64,000 nt of DNA from Dehalococcoidia bacterium (GCA_041649635.1 JBAZMV010000001.1:426164-490163); one strand, 5' to 3'. Shown: positions 40,213 through 51,462, numbered from the stretch's first letter. Notes: generated by a model not told the origin, from the sequence alone. Program-made: numbers and translations.

Positions 40213-41163
40213 TTATACCCTCTCCCTCCAGTAGTTCAGCAGGTCCTCCATCGTCTTCTCAAAGGGAATCTTTGGCTTCCAGCCGGTCTGTTTTTTAAAC
40301 TTGGAGTAATCGCCCTGGAGCAGCTCCACATCCGAGGGCCTGATGCGATCAGGGTCCTGTTTGACCTTTATCTTTTTCTTGGTCATGGACAGCAACAGGT
40401 CCAGCATCTCGCTTATCTTCACGGCGTTGCCGGAGCAGATGTTGTAAACCTCTCCCGGTTCGCACTTCTCCACCGCCAGCAGGTAGGCGCGGACCATGTC
40501 CCTGACATCGGTGAAGTCCCTCCTGGACTCAAGGTTGCCCACGTACATCACGGGCTCCTTGCCCTTCTCTATCTCGGCTATCTGCTTGGCGAAGGCGGAG
40601 GTCACGAAAACCTCTCCCCTGCGGGGGCCGGTGTGATTGAAGCCGCGCGTGACAATCGTTTTTAATCCATATGACTTGTTGTACTGGTATGCCAGCTTAT
40701 CCGCCGCCACCTTGGACACGCCGTACGTGGAGAGCGGGCGCAGGGGATTGTCTTCCTTTATAGGCACCTCGTCCGGATACACCATGCCGTATTCCTCCGA
40801 GCTTCCCGCCACCTGTATCACGGGATCGATGCCGGCCCTCCTCACCGCCTCGAACAGGTTTATCGTGCCGACCACGTTGGTCTCTATGGTGTCGGCCGGG
40901 GCCAGCCAGCTCATGGCCACAAAGGACTGCGCCGCCAGGTGGAAGATGTAGTCCGGCTTGATATCCTTTATCACGTTATCAAGAGAATGACCGTCCCTGA
41001 TATCGGCGTTGACCAGGTGCAGGTCGCCCTTGATGTTCTTTATGTTTTCGCGCTTGCTGCGCCAGCGGTCCGTGCCGTGGACCTCAATGCCCTTGCCCAG
41101 CAGGTGCTCCGCGAGGTGGCTCCCGGCGAAGCCGGTGATGCCTGTGATCAAAGCTTTTTTCAT
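40213..41163 (-). CDS. GDP-6-deoxy-D-mannose reductase (Rmd)-like / GDP-mannose 4,6-dehydratase family
   Basis: GITGFAGSHL, YGVSKVAADKLAYQY, and FNHTGPRRGEVFVTSAFAKQIAEIEKG...VGNLESRRDFTDVRD typical of Rmd/Gmd. Confidence 0.75.
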   Translation of the reverse strand: MKKALITGITGFAGSHLAEHLLGKGIEVHGTDRWRSKRENIKNIKGDLHLVNADIRDGHSLDNVIKDIKPDYIFHLAAQSFVAMSWLAPADTIETNVVGTINLFEAVRRAGIDPVIQVAGSSEEYGMVYPDEVPIKEDNPLRPLSTYGVSKVAADKLAYQYNKSYGLKTIVTRGFNHTGPRRGEVFVTSAFAKQIAEIEKGKEPVMYVGNLESRRDFTDVRDMVRAYLLAVEKCEPGEVYNICSGNAVKISEMLDLLLSMTKKKIKVKQDPDRIRPSDVELLQGDYSKFKKQTGWKPKIPFEKTMEDLLNYWRERV

Positions 41164-41269
41164 CTGTCACCTCTTCGTTCTATCGTTAAAAGCAATCCAG
41201 GCGTTTGCCTGTTTATTGCTTAGTTTAATATAACAGCTTCATTTATACAATGCGAAAGTTTGTCTCTGT

Positions 41270-41600
41270 CTGCAAGCCGCGGCATATTATGCGAATATCG
41301 AGTGTAGGGGCGTATGGCCATACGCCCCTACGTGGATTCCGGCATCCGCCGGAATGACGAAACGTAGGGGTTTGATTCATCAAACCCGCAGTCGGCTGCG
41401 CCCACCCCCTGGTTCCAATTGTTGAAGGTGAAGAACACCATCAACAGCATATAAGGACTCGCAATGACAGCTGCGAGAGACAGGGGAGTCCAGAGGGTTC
41501 TCCCTCTGACGGGGGTTTGGGGGTGTCCCCCATTCTTTTTTTTACATCCCCCAAGACTGGGGGATTGCAGGGGGTTGACAACATTTCATTTATTGAAATA
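41270..41600. repeat. Repeat block (C,E,D-like,I,F,A,B reversed)
   Basis: Modules as defined in the summary. Confidence 0.8.
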
Positions 41601-41604
41601 ATCC

Positions 41605-42366
41605 CTACCCCTGCGCCTGATCGTCCGCGCGTTTGTTTTTTCTCCGCCGCCCCAGCCATATAAGCACACCGCCCGCGATGATCAAAGTAACGCCCACCGC
41701 CACCAGCAGCCAGCCCCACCAGGCTATCCCCCCCAGCCATAATTGCACGGCTTCCATCTCGCTCCAGCCGATGTAGGTCAAATAGCATCCCACGAATGTT
41801 TTAGGCAAACGTCCGGCCAGCGTAGCCAGGAGGTACTTCCAGAAAGGGAACCTGAGAGCCCCCGCAACCAGTCCGACGATATCGAAAGGGAGCGGCGTCA
41901 GGGCAAAGATAAAAACGGTCAGGCTCCCGTGGCGTCTCATCCAAACCTCGGCTCTCTGGTACCATACGGATCGCTGCTTGCTGATGATGACCCGGCCGGC
42001 GTATCCTACCGCATATCCCGTGAACTCGCCGAGGGCGCTGCCCACGCTGGAGGCCAGGGCTATCACAGCCCAGTTGGTTGCCGGGCTCACCACGAGAGCG
42101 CCGATGATTACGAATGCGAAAACAGGGAAAAATATCGTGGTGCTGGCGATGAACGACACCAGGAAAGCCCCCAGCGCTCCGTATTCCGTGAAGCCCTCCA
42201 GGTAGCTGGACGCCCGAAAGATGGCATAGCCCATGCCTAGAGTGGCTATGACCAGCAACGCCACGATAGACCACTGCTGCCCCCGGCTCAGCTTATCGAT
42301 CTTCTCGGAGGAGCGACGGACCAGGTCGGCGGTGCGGTTAATCAACCCTTGATACAGTTTCGACAA
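41605..42366 (-). CDS. DedA/TVP38/VTT-domain family membrane protein
   Basis: FALTPLPFDIVGLVAGALRFPFWKYLLATLAGRLPKTF, the VTT-domain consensus. 253 aa. Confidence 0.75.
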   Translation of the reverse strand: MSKLYQGLINRTADLVRRSSEKIDKLSRGQQWSIVALLVIATLGMGYAIFRASSYLEGFTEYGALGAFLVSFIASTTIFFPVFAFVIIGALVVSPATNWAVIALASSVGSALGEFTGYAVGYAGRVIISKQRSVWYQRAEVWMRRHGSLTVFIFALTPLPFDIVGLVAGALRFPFWKYLLATLAGRLPKTFVGCYLTYIGWSEMEAVQLWLGGIAWWGWLLVAVGVTLIIAGGVLIWLGRRRKNKRADDQAQG

Positions 42367-43279
42367 GGTAAGTCTCCAGCCCCAATTCCTTTAACGAACG
42401 ATGTATTTTCCCCGCCCGCGCGCGGTCGCGCATAAGGGCGAACAGCGTCGGCCCCGCCCCCGCCAGATGCGCCTCGTCTGCGCCCGCTTCATCGAATTTA
42501 TTCCGATACCATTCCATGCCCTCGTACATCTCGCAGGCCACGAAATCGAATGTGTTATATCCCTGAAAAAGAGGTACAGGATTATTCCTGACGGGGGCTT
42601 GGGGGTGTCCCCCAATTTTTTTAATTCCCCCATGATTGGGGGATACAGGGGGTTGATGTCCCTCAACCGCAGACTCGATAAATGCCTCCGTCTTTCTAGC
42701 ATAATCGCCCTTGCTATAGTGAGACGGCCTCAGCGCGCCGTACATGGCCTTCGTCTTCGATACCGGAACCGTAACCGACGGTTTCAGCAGAACGACGTAC
42801 GACAGCGGCAGCGGCGGCAAAGGCGTGACGCGCTCCCCGCGGCCCTCGGCCAGAGCCGTGCCGCCCCGGATGAAATAAGGGACATCGGAGCCCAGAGTCG
42901 CCGCCATCTCGACCAGTTCTTCAGTCGAGAGGTTGAGCTTCCACAACCTGTTCAAAGCGACAAGCGCCGCGCCCGCGTCGCTCGAGCCTCCCCCCAACCC
43001 GGCGGCGACCGGTATGCCCTTCTTCAAAATAATCTTCGCGCCGCCTTTGTACCCCGATTCCTTCTTCAGCAGCCTCGCGGCCTTGAGCGCCAGGTTATCG
43101 GACGGGCGAAGTTCGACATTATCGCAATCGATAGAAAGCGACGGAGCGGCCTCGAACTGAATGGTGTCCTTCAGATCGATCTCCTGCAATATGGAAACAA
43201 TATCGTGATAGCCGTCCTCGCGGCGGCCCAGCACCTCGAACGTGATATTTATCTTGGCGTATGCGTATGCCGTTATCAT
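42338..43279 (-). CDS. ispE: 4-diphosphocytidyl-2-C-methyl-D-erythritol kinase carrying an in-frame 99-nt repeat (A+B module) insertion
   Basis: GHMP kinase motifs KINITF, PVAAGLGGGSSDAGAALVALN and AGAGPTLFAL. ATG at 43279 overlaps the rsmA stop (ATGA). Codons ~219-251 (plus 42563-42661) are a repeat copy read in-frame. Confidence 0.8.
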   Translation of the reverse strand: MITAYAYAKINITFEVLGRREDGYHDIVSILQEIDLKDTIQFEAAPSLSIDCDNVELRPSDNLALKAARLLKKESGYKGGAKIILKKGIPVAAGLGGGSSDAGAALVALNRLWKLNLSTEELVEMAATLGSDVPYFIRGGTALAEGRGERVTPLPPLPLSYVVLLKPSVTVPVSKTKAMYGALRPSHYSKGDYARKTEAFIESAVEGHQPPVSPNHGGIKKIGGHPQAPVRNNPVPLFQGYNTFDFVACEMYEGMEWYRNKFDEAGADEAHLAGAGPTLFALMRDRARAGKIHRSLKELGLETYLVETVSRVD

Positions 43280-44109
43280 CTCTTCTTCGAAAACACCCGA
43301 TAGAGCTCGGCCCACTCCGCGATGCTCAATGTCTCCGCCCGGCGCTTCGGGTCTATGCCCGCGCCGTCGAGGATATCGCCCGCCTCGTTCGGCGCTATGC
43401 GAAGCCCGTGCGACAGCGAGTTGCGCAGCTGCTTGCGCGGCGTTGAGAAGCCGCCGCGAACCACGTTGAAGAATGCGGCCTCGTCATCCACCTTGACCGG
43501 CGGGTCGCGGTAAACATCTATGTGCACGATGGCGGAATCGACCTTGGGCTGCGGGTAGAAGCTGCGCGGCGGTATGATTTTCACGATCGCAGGCTTGCCG
43601 TATAGCTGCACCCCCACGCTGAGCAGGCTCATATCTCCCGGCTTGGCCGCTATCGACTGCCCGACCTCCTTCTGCACCACGGCGACGATCACTGTCGGCT
43701 TGCGGCCCGCTTCCAGGAAACGGCGCAGCACCGCCGAGGCGATGTTGTAAGGCAGAGCGCCGACGACTTTGTAATCTCGATCTGACGGCACCAGCGATTC
43801 CGGAGCGCAATCCAGTATGTCCGCCTCGATGATCTCAACATTATTCGAATCCGCGAACTTCTCCCTCAGCGCCGCGGCCATCGTCCTGTCCAGTTCGACC
43901 GCGACAACACGGCCGGCTTCTTTTGCCAGTTCCTGCGTAAGCACACCGAGCCCGGGCCCGACCTCAACGACGTAATCATCGGGCGTAAGCTTTGCAGCCG
44001 CGACGATTCTATCCAGAGCATGCTTATCGACAAGGAAGTTCTGCCCCAGCCCCTTCCTGGCGCGGGTATCCAGCCGCCGCAGTTCCCTTTTCGTCTCGCT
44101 TAGAAGCAT
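43276..44109 (-). CDS. rsmA: 16S rRNA (adenine1518/1519-N6)-dimethyltransferase RsmA/KsgA
   Basis: GQNFLVD and VVEVGPGLG motifs, 277 aa, in the conserved ksgA-ispE arrangement. Confidence 0.9.
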   Translation of the reverse strand: MLLSETKRELRRLDTRARKGLGQNFLVDKHALDRIVAAAKLTPDDYVVEVGPGLGVLTQELAKEAGRVVAVELDRTMAAALREKFADSNNVEIIEADILDCAPESLVPSDRDYKVVGALPYNIASAVLRRFLEAGRKPTVIVAVVQKEVGQSIAAKPGDMSLLSVGVQLYGKPAIVKIIPPRSFYPQPKVDSAIVHIDVYRDPPVKVDDEAAFFNVVRGGFSTPRKQLRNSLSHGLRIAPNEAGDILDGAGIDPKRRAETLSIAEWAELYRVFSKKR

Positions 44110-44114
44110 ATCGA

Positions 44115-45105
44115 CTCTTTAACTAATCCCTGACTCAGGAATCCCCTGGCACTCACCTTTCGAAACGTCGTTCTTCAGAATCGGGAAGTGCAGAGGGCTC
44201 TCCCTCTGCCGGGGTTTCAGGGGTGTCCCCTGTCTCTCTATTTTATGTCCCCCATGATTGGGGGATACAGGGGGTTGATATATCATTTTCAACTCAACCC
44301 ATAAATAAAAAAGGCCGTGCACCCGCCGTCGATCTTACCCCGCGGATCGCCCCTGCCGTTCAGCTCAAACCAGGCAACCCTGCGGCACCCAGAAACCGCT
44401 ATTTACCGCTGCTTCCTTCCGGACCTGACGGGGTTCATAGCATTCTGCCGCGCAGGACCCAATCATCAACACCTCCCTACAGAGACAACTGCCGACAGGA
44501 TTAAGACCTTGGACGGGAATTCAGCCCCGCTATAGCGGATTTCGGGTACAGGGCACCGCTGGCTCCCCGCCTAGCACGACCAAACCTGATACTATCTTAC
44601 CGATATTTCGTTGTCAAGCTTATCGAACTCACCCCGGCCCTCTCTCGCATGAGAAAGAGGTGAAGGAGAAGCTCCTTCCGGGGTAGTACAGGGGTGTCCC
44701 CTGTTTATTTAAATTCCCCCAAGACTGGGGGATAACAGGGGGTTGATGAGATTGCCGCGTCGTCCTTCCGTAGTCAGAGTGTATGGAAGGACTCCTCGCA
44801 ATGACAGTCAGAAATAGATACGTAGGGTGGGTTCGCAAACCCACCGCGTAGGGGTAACCCCCCGTGGTTACCCTCCCAAAGGGCAGGGCAAGCCCTGCCC
44901 CTACGTTTATTCCGGCCTTCGCCGGAATGACGGCTTCGGAAAGAGGTGCCCCGATAAATCGGGGCCGGGGGAACCGGGGGTGTCCCCCGGATTATTCTAT
45001 GTCCCCCAACGTATGGGGGACTACCAGGGGGTTCGGTTATTGTTTCCCCCTTAAAAAGGGGGATTCCAGGGGGTTGACACCTCTTATCTCATTCCTATAT
45101 GTTGT
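44115..45105. repeat. Mosaic repeat block (~1 kb; A,B reversed; A,B,F,D,E,A',B,B')
   Basis: The N-terminal 83 codons of six-frame ORF 44864..45991 are a repeat translation. Confidence 0.85.
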
Positions 45106-45112
45106 TATCGCC

Positions 45113-45991
45113 ATGACCAAACCTACAGAAATCGCTGAAGGTATTTACCGCATAGAGACGCCTCTCAAGGTAATGCAGTTCCAGCCGACGGCGTTTTTAA
45201 TAAAAGATGCCGGAGTGTTAATCGAGCCCGGCCCCGCGATATGCATCCCTTCCCTGCATCGAGCGCTGGAGCATCTCGGCATCAAGAAACTCGACTACAT
45301 CATACCGACCCACGTACATATGGATCACGCCGGCGGCACGGGAACGCTGGCTAGACTCTATCCCGAAGCGACAGTGCTGGTACACCCTCGCGGCCTCAAA
45401 CACGCCGTCGACCCGTCGCGCCTCATCGACAGCGTCAAGATGGTATGGGGCGAGAGGTTCGAGGATAACTTCGGGCCCATAGTATCGGTTCCCGAATCTC
45501 AGATAAAAACTGTCGCTGACGGCGAGGTGATAAACGCGGGTGACAGGGACCTGGAGTTCATCTACACGCCGGGTCACGCGCCGCACCATATCGCCATATT
45601 TGATCACAAGCTGAAGGGGCTGTTCTGCGGCGAGGCGCTGGGCATGCCGGGCTATCAACTGCCGACCGCCGCGCCGATGAGCTTTGACCTGGCCGGCTAC
45701 CTGTCGACGATCGAGAAACTGCAGCACAGCGACCTTGGCATCGAGACGCTGATATACTCGCACGGCGGCATCGAGCGTAATCCGGCTGACTGCATGAGCA
45801 GGGCTGTGGAGAACGCGCTCGCGTTTCGAGACATAGTCATGAAGGCGATGGAGCAGGGAAAGAGCCGCGCTGAAACCGGCAAGGCGTTAGGCTCATACAT
45901 ACAAAGCAAATACGACAGCAATATTGAGTCGGACTTGCAGGGTTTCGAGACCATCGCCACCGGATATATAACGTACTTCGAGAAGAAGTGA
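45113..45991 (+). CDS. MBL-fold metallo-hydrolase
   Basis: IPTHVHMDHAGG (HxHxDH) motif. Start at the ATG at 45113 (MTKPTEIAEG), downstream of the repeats. Confidence 0.8.
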   Translation: MTKPTEIAEGIYRIETPLKVMQFQPTAFLIKDAGVLIEPGPAICIPSLHRALEHLGIKKLDYIIPTHVHMDHAGGTGTLARLYPEATVLVHPRGLKHAVDPSRLIDSVKMVWGERFEDNFGPIVSVPESQIKTVADGEVINAGDRDLEFIYTPGHAPHHIAIFDHKLKGLFCGEALGMPGYQLPTAAPMSFDLAGYLSTIEKLQHSDLGIETLIYSHGGIERNPADCMSRAVENALAFRDIVMKAMEQGKSRAETGKALGSYIQSKYDSNIESDLQGFETIATGYITYFEKK

Positions 45992-46785
45992 ACTCGCCCT
46001 TCCTTCCATGATATTGAGGTATATCTCCCCCCTTTATGAAAGGGGGATCAGGGGGATTTACGTAGGGCGGGTTTCCAACCCGCCGCGTAGGGAGACGTAT
46101 TCGTATGGTGGGTTCACAAACCCACCATGTTGACGAGATTCTTCATCGTTCCCAGCAAGGATTCAGAATGACAGCCTTGAGAAAGGGGAGTCCAGAGGGA
46201 GCACCCTCTGACGGGGTTATAGGGGTGTCCCCTATATCTTTTTTTTCATCCCCCAAGATTGGGGGATACAGGGGGTTGATGATAGTTGAGATTGCCACGT
46301 CGTCTTTCCGAACTGCTGAAGTACTCCTCGCAATGACAGTCCAAGAGAACAGAGGTTCAGTTTGTAGGGCGGGTTTCCAACCCGCCGAATAACGGGCGAA
46401 TGATTATTCGCCCCTACGTGGATTCCGGCCTTCGCCGGAATGACGGGTACGACCCTCACCCTGACCCTCTCCCTGCAGAGGGAGAGGGAAATAATTTTTA
46501 AATTAACACCCCCTAACCCCCTCTTCTCAAAAGAGGGGGAAGAGGCTCCGCCTCGGGGTTTTACCGACACTAAAGATTATGGTTTATTCACGCTCACTTT
46601 AGTCCTCTCCCCTCAAGGTAGAGGTTAGCTTCTCACAGAGGTACAGGAGACCCTGTCTCCTGACGGGGTTATAGGGGTGTCCCCTATCTATTTTTTTATA
46701 TCCCCCATGACTGGGGGATTCCAGGGGGTTGAACCTAACCTACCGGACGGTTGCCTAATTCTCAATCTCCATATAAAATAGTAAA
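45992..46785. repeat. Mosaic repeat block (J,D,D,F',A,B,F,D,C,E,G,H,A,B mostly reversed)
   Basis: Modules as defined in the summary. Confidence 0.85.
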
Positions 46786-46788
46786 ACC

Positions 46789-47661
46789 ATGTCCCGGAAA
46801 ATACGCAAGGCAGTGATACCCGCCGCGGGCTGGGGAACCAGGTTCCTTCCGGCCACTAAAGCAGTTCCAAAGGAGCTTCTCCCGCTGTACGACAAGCCCA
46901 TCATCCAGCACACGGTGGAGGAGGCGATAGCCTCCGGCATCGAGGAGATAATAATCATCACCTCCCCCGGCAAATCCTCCCTGGAAGACCACTTCGCCCC
47001 GCACAGGAAGCTGGAGTCCGCCCTGAAGAAGAAGGGCGACACCGAACTGCTGGAGAAGGTGCAGCGAACCTCAAGGCTCGCCGATATACGCTTCGTTCCC
47101 CAGAACAATCCCAGGGGGCTGGGACACGCCGTGCTCATGGCGGCGAAGGAGGTTGGCGACGAGCCCTTCGCCGTCTTCCTGCCTGACGACCTCTTCGGCG
47201 CCGATCCGACCGTGATAAAACAGATGTCGAAGGTGTATAAGAAATACGGGGGAAGCGTGCTGGCCCTGCTGAAAGTCGCGCCTGAGGATATCAGCCGATA
47301 CGGCATCGTCAAGCCGGAGGAAGTGGCAAAGCGCACATACCGCATACTCGATACCGTTGAGAAGCCGGAGACTGAGAAGGCACCATCGCGGCTGGCCATC
47401 ATGGGACGATACATCCTCACGCCTGAGATATTCGACGCGCTGCGGGCCACAAAGCCGGGCAAGGGCGGTGAGATACAGCTGACCGACGGTTTGGCTATTT
47501 TGCGGAAGAAGCAGAACTTATACGGCTATGAATTCGAAGGAACCTACTACGACGCGGGCAAACCGATGGGACTGCTTAAAACATCGATCGCCTGGGGACT
47601 GAAACAGCCCGGAATCGGTTTGGAACTGCGTGAATACCTCTATAAGCTCCTGTCGGGCTAG
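46789..47661 (+). CDS. galU: UTP--glucose-1-phosphate uridylyltransferase
   Basis: [23 protein letters not shown] signature, 290 aa. Confidence 0.9.
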   Translation: MSRKIRKAVIPAAGWGTRFLPATKAVPKELLPLYDKPIIQHTVEEAIASGIEEIIIITSPGKSSLEDHFAPHRKLESALKKKGDTELLEKVQRTSRLADIRFVPQNNPRGLGHAVLMAAKEVGDEPFAVFLPDDLFGADPTVIKQMSKVYKKYGGSVLALLKVAPEDISRYGIVKPEEVAKRTYRILDTVEKPETEKAPSRLAIMGRYILTPEIFDALRATKPGKGGEIQLTDGLAILRKKQNLYGYEFEGTYYDAGKPMGLLKTSIAWGLKQPGIGLELREYLYKLLSG

Positions 47662-49484
47662 ATCCTGAGCACCTCGACGAAGGCCTCCGGCGGTATCTCC
47701 ACCCTGCCCACCATCTTCATCTTCCTCTTGCCCTCGGCCTGCTTCGCCAGCAGCTTGCGCTTGCGTGTGATATCGCCGCCGTAGCACTTGGCGATGACGT
47801 CCTTGCGATACGGCTTGATCGTCTCCCTGACGATGACCTTGCTGCCGATGGCCGCCTGTATCGCCACCTCGAAATTCTGGCGCGGTATGAGCTTCCGCAG
47901 CTTCGTCACCAGATCGCGTCCCTGCCTGTAAGCCCGCTCCCGCGGCACGATGAGGGAGAAGGCATCAACCGGCTGGCTGTTGATCAGTATCTCAAGCTTC
48001 ACCAGCTCGGCCGGCAGATAGGCCGCGAAGGCATAGTCCATCGAGGCGTAGCCCTGCGTGCGCGACTTCAGGTGATCGTAAAAGTCGATGATGAGCTCGG
48101 AGAGAGGGACGTCGTATTTCAGCATAACGCGCAGTGCGCCGCCCGTTTCGCGCGATTGCACGTCCTCTTTGAGGAAATACTCCATGCCGCGATAATCGCC
48201 GCGCCGCTCCCGCAGCAGCTCCATCACGCTGCCGATGTACTTGGCCGGTATGATAATATCCACCGAGACCCACGGCTCCCTCAGTTCAGCTATCTCGGCG
48301 GGCGGCGGCAGCAGGGAGGGGTTGGCCAGAGAAAGCTCCTCGCCCCCGGTGGTGGTGACCTGATAAGCTACGCTGGGGGCGGTGGCCACCAGCTCCAGGT
48401 CATATTCCCGCTCCAGCCTCTCCTTGACGATATCCATGTGAAGCAGCCCAAGGAACCCGCAGCGGAATCCAAAGCCCAGAGCGGCGCTGCTCTCCGCCTC
48501 GAACACGAGGGACGCGTCGTTAAGGCTCAGCTTATCCAGGCTCTCGCGCAGTGCGGCATAGTCGTCGGTATTTATAGGATAGATGCCGGCGAAAACCATG
48601 GGCTGGGCCGGGCGGTAGCCCGGCAGCGGCGTATCCGCGCCTTCCTCCGCCGTAGTAACCGTATCTCCCACATGGCACTCGGCGACGGTCTTCAGCCCGG
48701 TGGCTATATAGCCGACCTCTCCGGTGTTCAGCCTGTTTACAGGCGTCATCCCCGGCTTGAAAACCCCCAGCTCGACCGGCTCCACTTCCTTACCGTTAGC
48801 CATCAGCCGCAGCTTGGCGTCTTTCGCCACAGCGCCGTCCATCACGCGCACATAGGCCACCACCCCTTTATATGAATCGTACTTGGAATCGAAGATAAGG
48901 GCGCGCAGCGGCTTCCTCGAATCGCCGCTCGGCGCAGGAATCCTCTTAACGATGGCCTCCAGGATATCCTTAGCCCCGGCGCCCGTCTTGGCCGAAGCCA
49001 TGATGATCTCGTCAGCGAAAAAGCCTATAACGTTTTGAATCTCCTCGGACACCTTCTCCGGCTCGGCATTAAACAGATCGATCTTGTTGACAACCGGTAT
49101 CAGCGTCAGCCTGTTCTCCTGAGCGATGTGCACGTTGGCCAGCGTCTGCGCCTGTATCCCCTGCGTCGCATCGACGACCAGCACCGCCCCCTCGCATGCC
49201 GCCAGGCTGCGCGACACCTCGTAGCTGAAATCCACGTGCCCCGGCGTATCGATAAGGTTAAGCTGATAATCAAGGCCGTCCGATGCCTTGTAATTCATGC
49301 AAACCGCTTTCAGCTTGATGGTGATGCCGCGCTCCCGCTCCAGGTCCATCTGATCGAGAAGCTGCTCGCGCATCTCCCGCAGGCTGACGGTGAACGTCTC
49401 CTCGAGAAGACGGTCGGCCAGCGTGGACTTGCCGTGATCTATGTGAGCGATGATGCAGAAGTTTCTTATGCGAGCCTGTTCCAT
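47658..49484 (-). CDS. lepA: Elongation factor 4 (LepA)
   Basis: [23 protein letters not shown]-domain, 608 aa. Convergent 4-nt overlap with galU. Confidence 0.9.
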   Translation of the reverse strand: MEQARIRNFCIIAHIDHGKSTLADRLLEETFTVSLREMREQLLDQMDLERERGITIKLKAVCMNYKASDGLDYQLNLIDTPGHVDFSYEVSRSLAACEGAVLVVDATQGIQAQTLANVHIAQENRLTLIPVVNKIDLFNAEPEKVSEEIQNVIGFFADEIIMASAKTGAGAKDILEAIVKRIPAPSGDSRKPLRALIFDSKYDSYKGVVAYVRVMDGAVAKDAKLRLMANGKEVEPVELGVFKPGMTPVNRLNTGEVGYIATGLKTVAECHVGDTVTTAEEGADTPLPGYRPAQPMVFAGIYPINTDDYAALRESLDKLSLNDASLVFEAESSAALGFGFRCGFLGLLHMDIVKERLEREYDLELVATAPSVAYQVTTTGGEELSLANPSLLPPPAEIAELREPWVSVDIIIPAKYIGSVMELLRERRGDYRGMEYFLKEDVQSRETGGALRVMLKYDVPLSELIIDFYDHLKSRTQGYASMDYAFAAYLPAELVKLEILINSQPVDAFSLIVPRERAYRQGRDLVTKLRKLIPRQNFEVAIQAAIGSKVIVRETIKPYRKDVIAKCYGGDITRKRKLLAKQAEGKRKMKMVGRVEIPPEAFVEVLRI

Positions 49485-49598
49485 AGCTGAATCCTAACAT
49501 AAGGGACTATTAATCTCAAGCTCATCAAATATAAAAAAGGGGCCCTGTTTACCTACAGTGCCCCTCGCTTTGTTAAGTCGCAAAATTGACTTATGTTA

Positions 49599-50057
49599 TT
49601 ATTTCTCGTACTTACCGGCGCCCAGTATACCTACCACGCCGCCCAGTAATCCGAGGAACCCCCCGATGGCCGCCACCGGCGACATCAGCGGAACCACCGC
49701 CTCGGCCAACCCGGCTCCCTCAAGCGTAGGCCCGTCCACAAATCCCAGAATCGTATTAAGTATGATCCAGAATGAAACCAGCATAAGGATGTAAGATAGA
49801 TTTATCTTTGTTTTCTTGCCTCCGACGACCAGCGTAGCGCTGGCACAGAAGAAGCCTATCAACATCGGCCATAGATGCGCATGATTTATCATCACAACAG
49901 TTTGAGTGCTTCCGTCATCCAGATCAACTATCTTAGCTACAAAAGCGGTCATCATGACCATTATCAAACCTATCCACCCCAAGATTACACATATCAGCGC
50001 AGATAGTTTGGCCATTATCTTGTTCATAGTCTCGGGGCCGAGCATTGACTCTAACAC
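49599..50057 (-). CDS. Hypothetical 4-TM membrane protein (paralog A)
   Basis: 152 aa, behind an aggagga SD. ~75% identical to 50280..50738. Confidence 0.6.
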   Translation of the reverse strand: MLESMLGPETMNKIMAKLSALICVILGWIGLIMVMMTAFVAKIVDLDDGSTQTVVMINHAHLWPMLIGFFCASATLVVGGKKTKINLSYILMLVSFWIILNTILGFVDGPTLEGAGLAEAVVPLMSPVAAIGGFLGLLGGVVGILGAGKYEK

Positions 50058-50279
50058 GTTTCCTCCTTGAGATATTTATCCAATTTTATATTACATTATG
50101 CCTGATTGATGCTCGCTCGTCAATATGATGACCTATTGAAGTCACGAACAGCCTCAACGCGAAAACCCTGTCGCCGTTTTCTCCCCGCGCAACCATCCAG
50201 CAAAAGAGGCACATAAAAAGAGAGCCTCGCACAGGAACGTGTAAGGCTCTCTTGATTTTAAGGAAAAACCGGCTAAGAA

Positions 50280-50738
50280 TCAGCTGGCGTATTTGCCGGC
50301 GCCCATTATCCCGACAACGCCGCCAAGTATACCAAGGAAACCGCCTATGGCCGCCACCGGCGACATCAGCGGAACCACGGCCTCGGCCAGGCCCGCGCCC
50401 GCCAGCGTCGGCCCCGCTACGAAATTCATGATTGAATTCAGCATAACCCAGAAAGAAACAACGAACAGGATATAGGAAAGATTTATCTTTGTCTTCTTGC
50501 CTCCGGCCACCAGAGCGGCGCCGGCGCAGAAGAAGCCTATTAACATCGGCCACAAATGCGCATGATTGATCATCACAACAGTTTTCATACTCCCGTCATC
50601 CAGATCGACAGTCTTTGCGACAAACGCGGTCATCATGACCATTATCAAACCGATCCATGCCACGATCACACATATAAGCGCCGCCAGCTTGGCCATTATT
50701 TTCTTCATGACATCGGGGCCGAGCATTGACTCTAACAT
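50280..50738 (-). CDS. Hypothetical 4-TM membrane protein (paralog B)
   Basis: 152 aa, identical N-terminus MLESMLGP, behind an aggagga SD. Tandem duplicate. Confidence 0.6.
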   Translation of the reverse strand: MLESMLGPDVMKKIMAKLAALICVIVAWIGLIMVMMTAFVAKTVDLDDGSMKTVVMINHAHLWPMLIGFFCAGAALVAGGKKTKINLSYILFVVSFWVMLNSIMNFVAGPTLAGAGLAEAVVPLMSPVAAIGGFLGILGGVVGIMGAGKYAS

Positions 50739-50988
50739 TCTATTCCTCCTTTAGCCGATCCTTTTTCTAAAATAACATTATTTTCTCTAATTTCACCTTC
50801 AGGCCAATGACCTGACTCCCTGTCGGCATAGCGCCTCCTCGTTACTTCTGCTCTATTGTTGGTGAATGCTAACACAAGACAAGGATAATTTCAACCTTTT
50901 TCTTACGATTTTATATCAACTTGTATCAAACAACCGTGCCGGCTAAAATCCCTGAGCCGTGAAGGATGCGGAAATAAGCGCCTTTTAA

Positions 50989-51073
50989 TGGTGGGGAAGG
51001 AGGGACTCGAACCCTCAAGCCTTGCGGCACATGATCCTAAGTCATGCTCGTCTGCCAATTCCGACACTCCCCC
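50989..51073 (-). tRNA. tRNA-Leu (anticodon TAG)
   Basis: Revcomp GGGGGAGTGTCGG...CATGACTTAGGATCATG...GGGTTCGAGTCCCTCCTTCCCCACCA. 7-bp acceptor stem, long variable arm, anticodon loop CTTAGGA, encoded CCA. Confidence 0.85.
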
Positions 51074-51216
51074 GAAAGTAAATTACTACGCAGTCGATTC
51101 CTTAACGCATGGGCGGCACCATTACAGGGATGGAACAAAGTATCGACCTAAGTTCGGTTAAAAAACATTATCAGAGTACGGGCGGCCTGTCAACACGAAC
51201 CGAACCATAAAGCTGT

Positions 51217-51435
51217 TCACCCCTGTCTCCGCGGCCGGAAGAAGAACCACCTGGCGAGAACGGCCATGATAGCAGCGCTGGAGATCACGCCGAATATGAG
51301 GAGAAAGATCAATACCGGCACTATGAGCACGCTAACCCACAGCGGACACGTCACCCACCACCAGCTCCAGTCTATGACATGGGTTAGCTTCAAGATTAGA
51401 AAAATTATGAAAACAGTAAACAATGTTCCGCCCAT
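51217..51435 (-). CDS. Small hypothetical membrane protein (72 aa, 2 TM)
   Basis: Hydrophobic W-rich segments. ORF only. Confidence 0.4.
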   Translation of the reverse strand: MGGTLFTVFIIFLILKLTHVIDWSWWWVTCPLWVSVLIVPVLIFLLIFGVISSAAIMAVLARWFFFRPRRQG

Positions 51436-51462
51436 ATTAACCTCCCCCCGCCGTAAACTATG

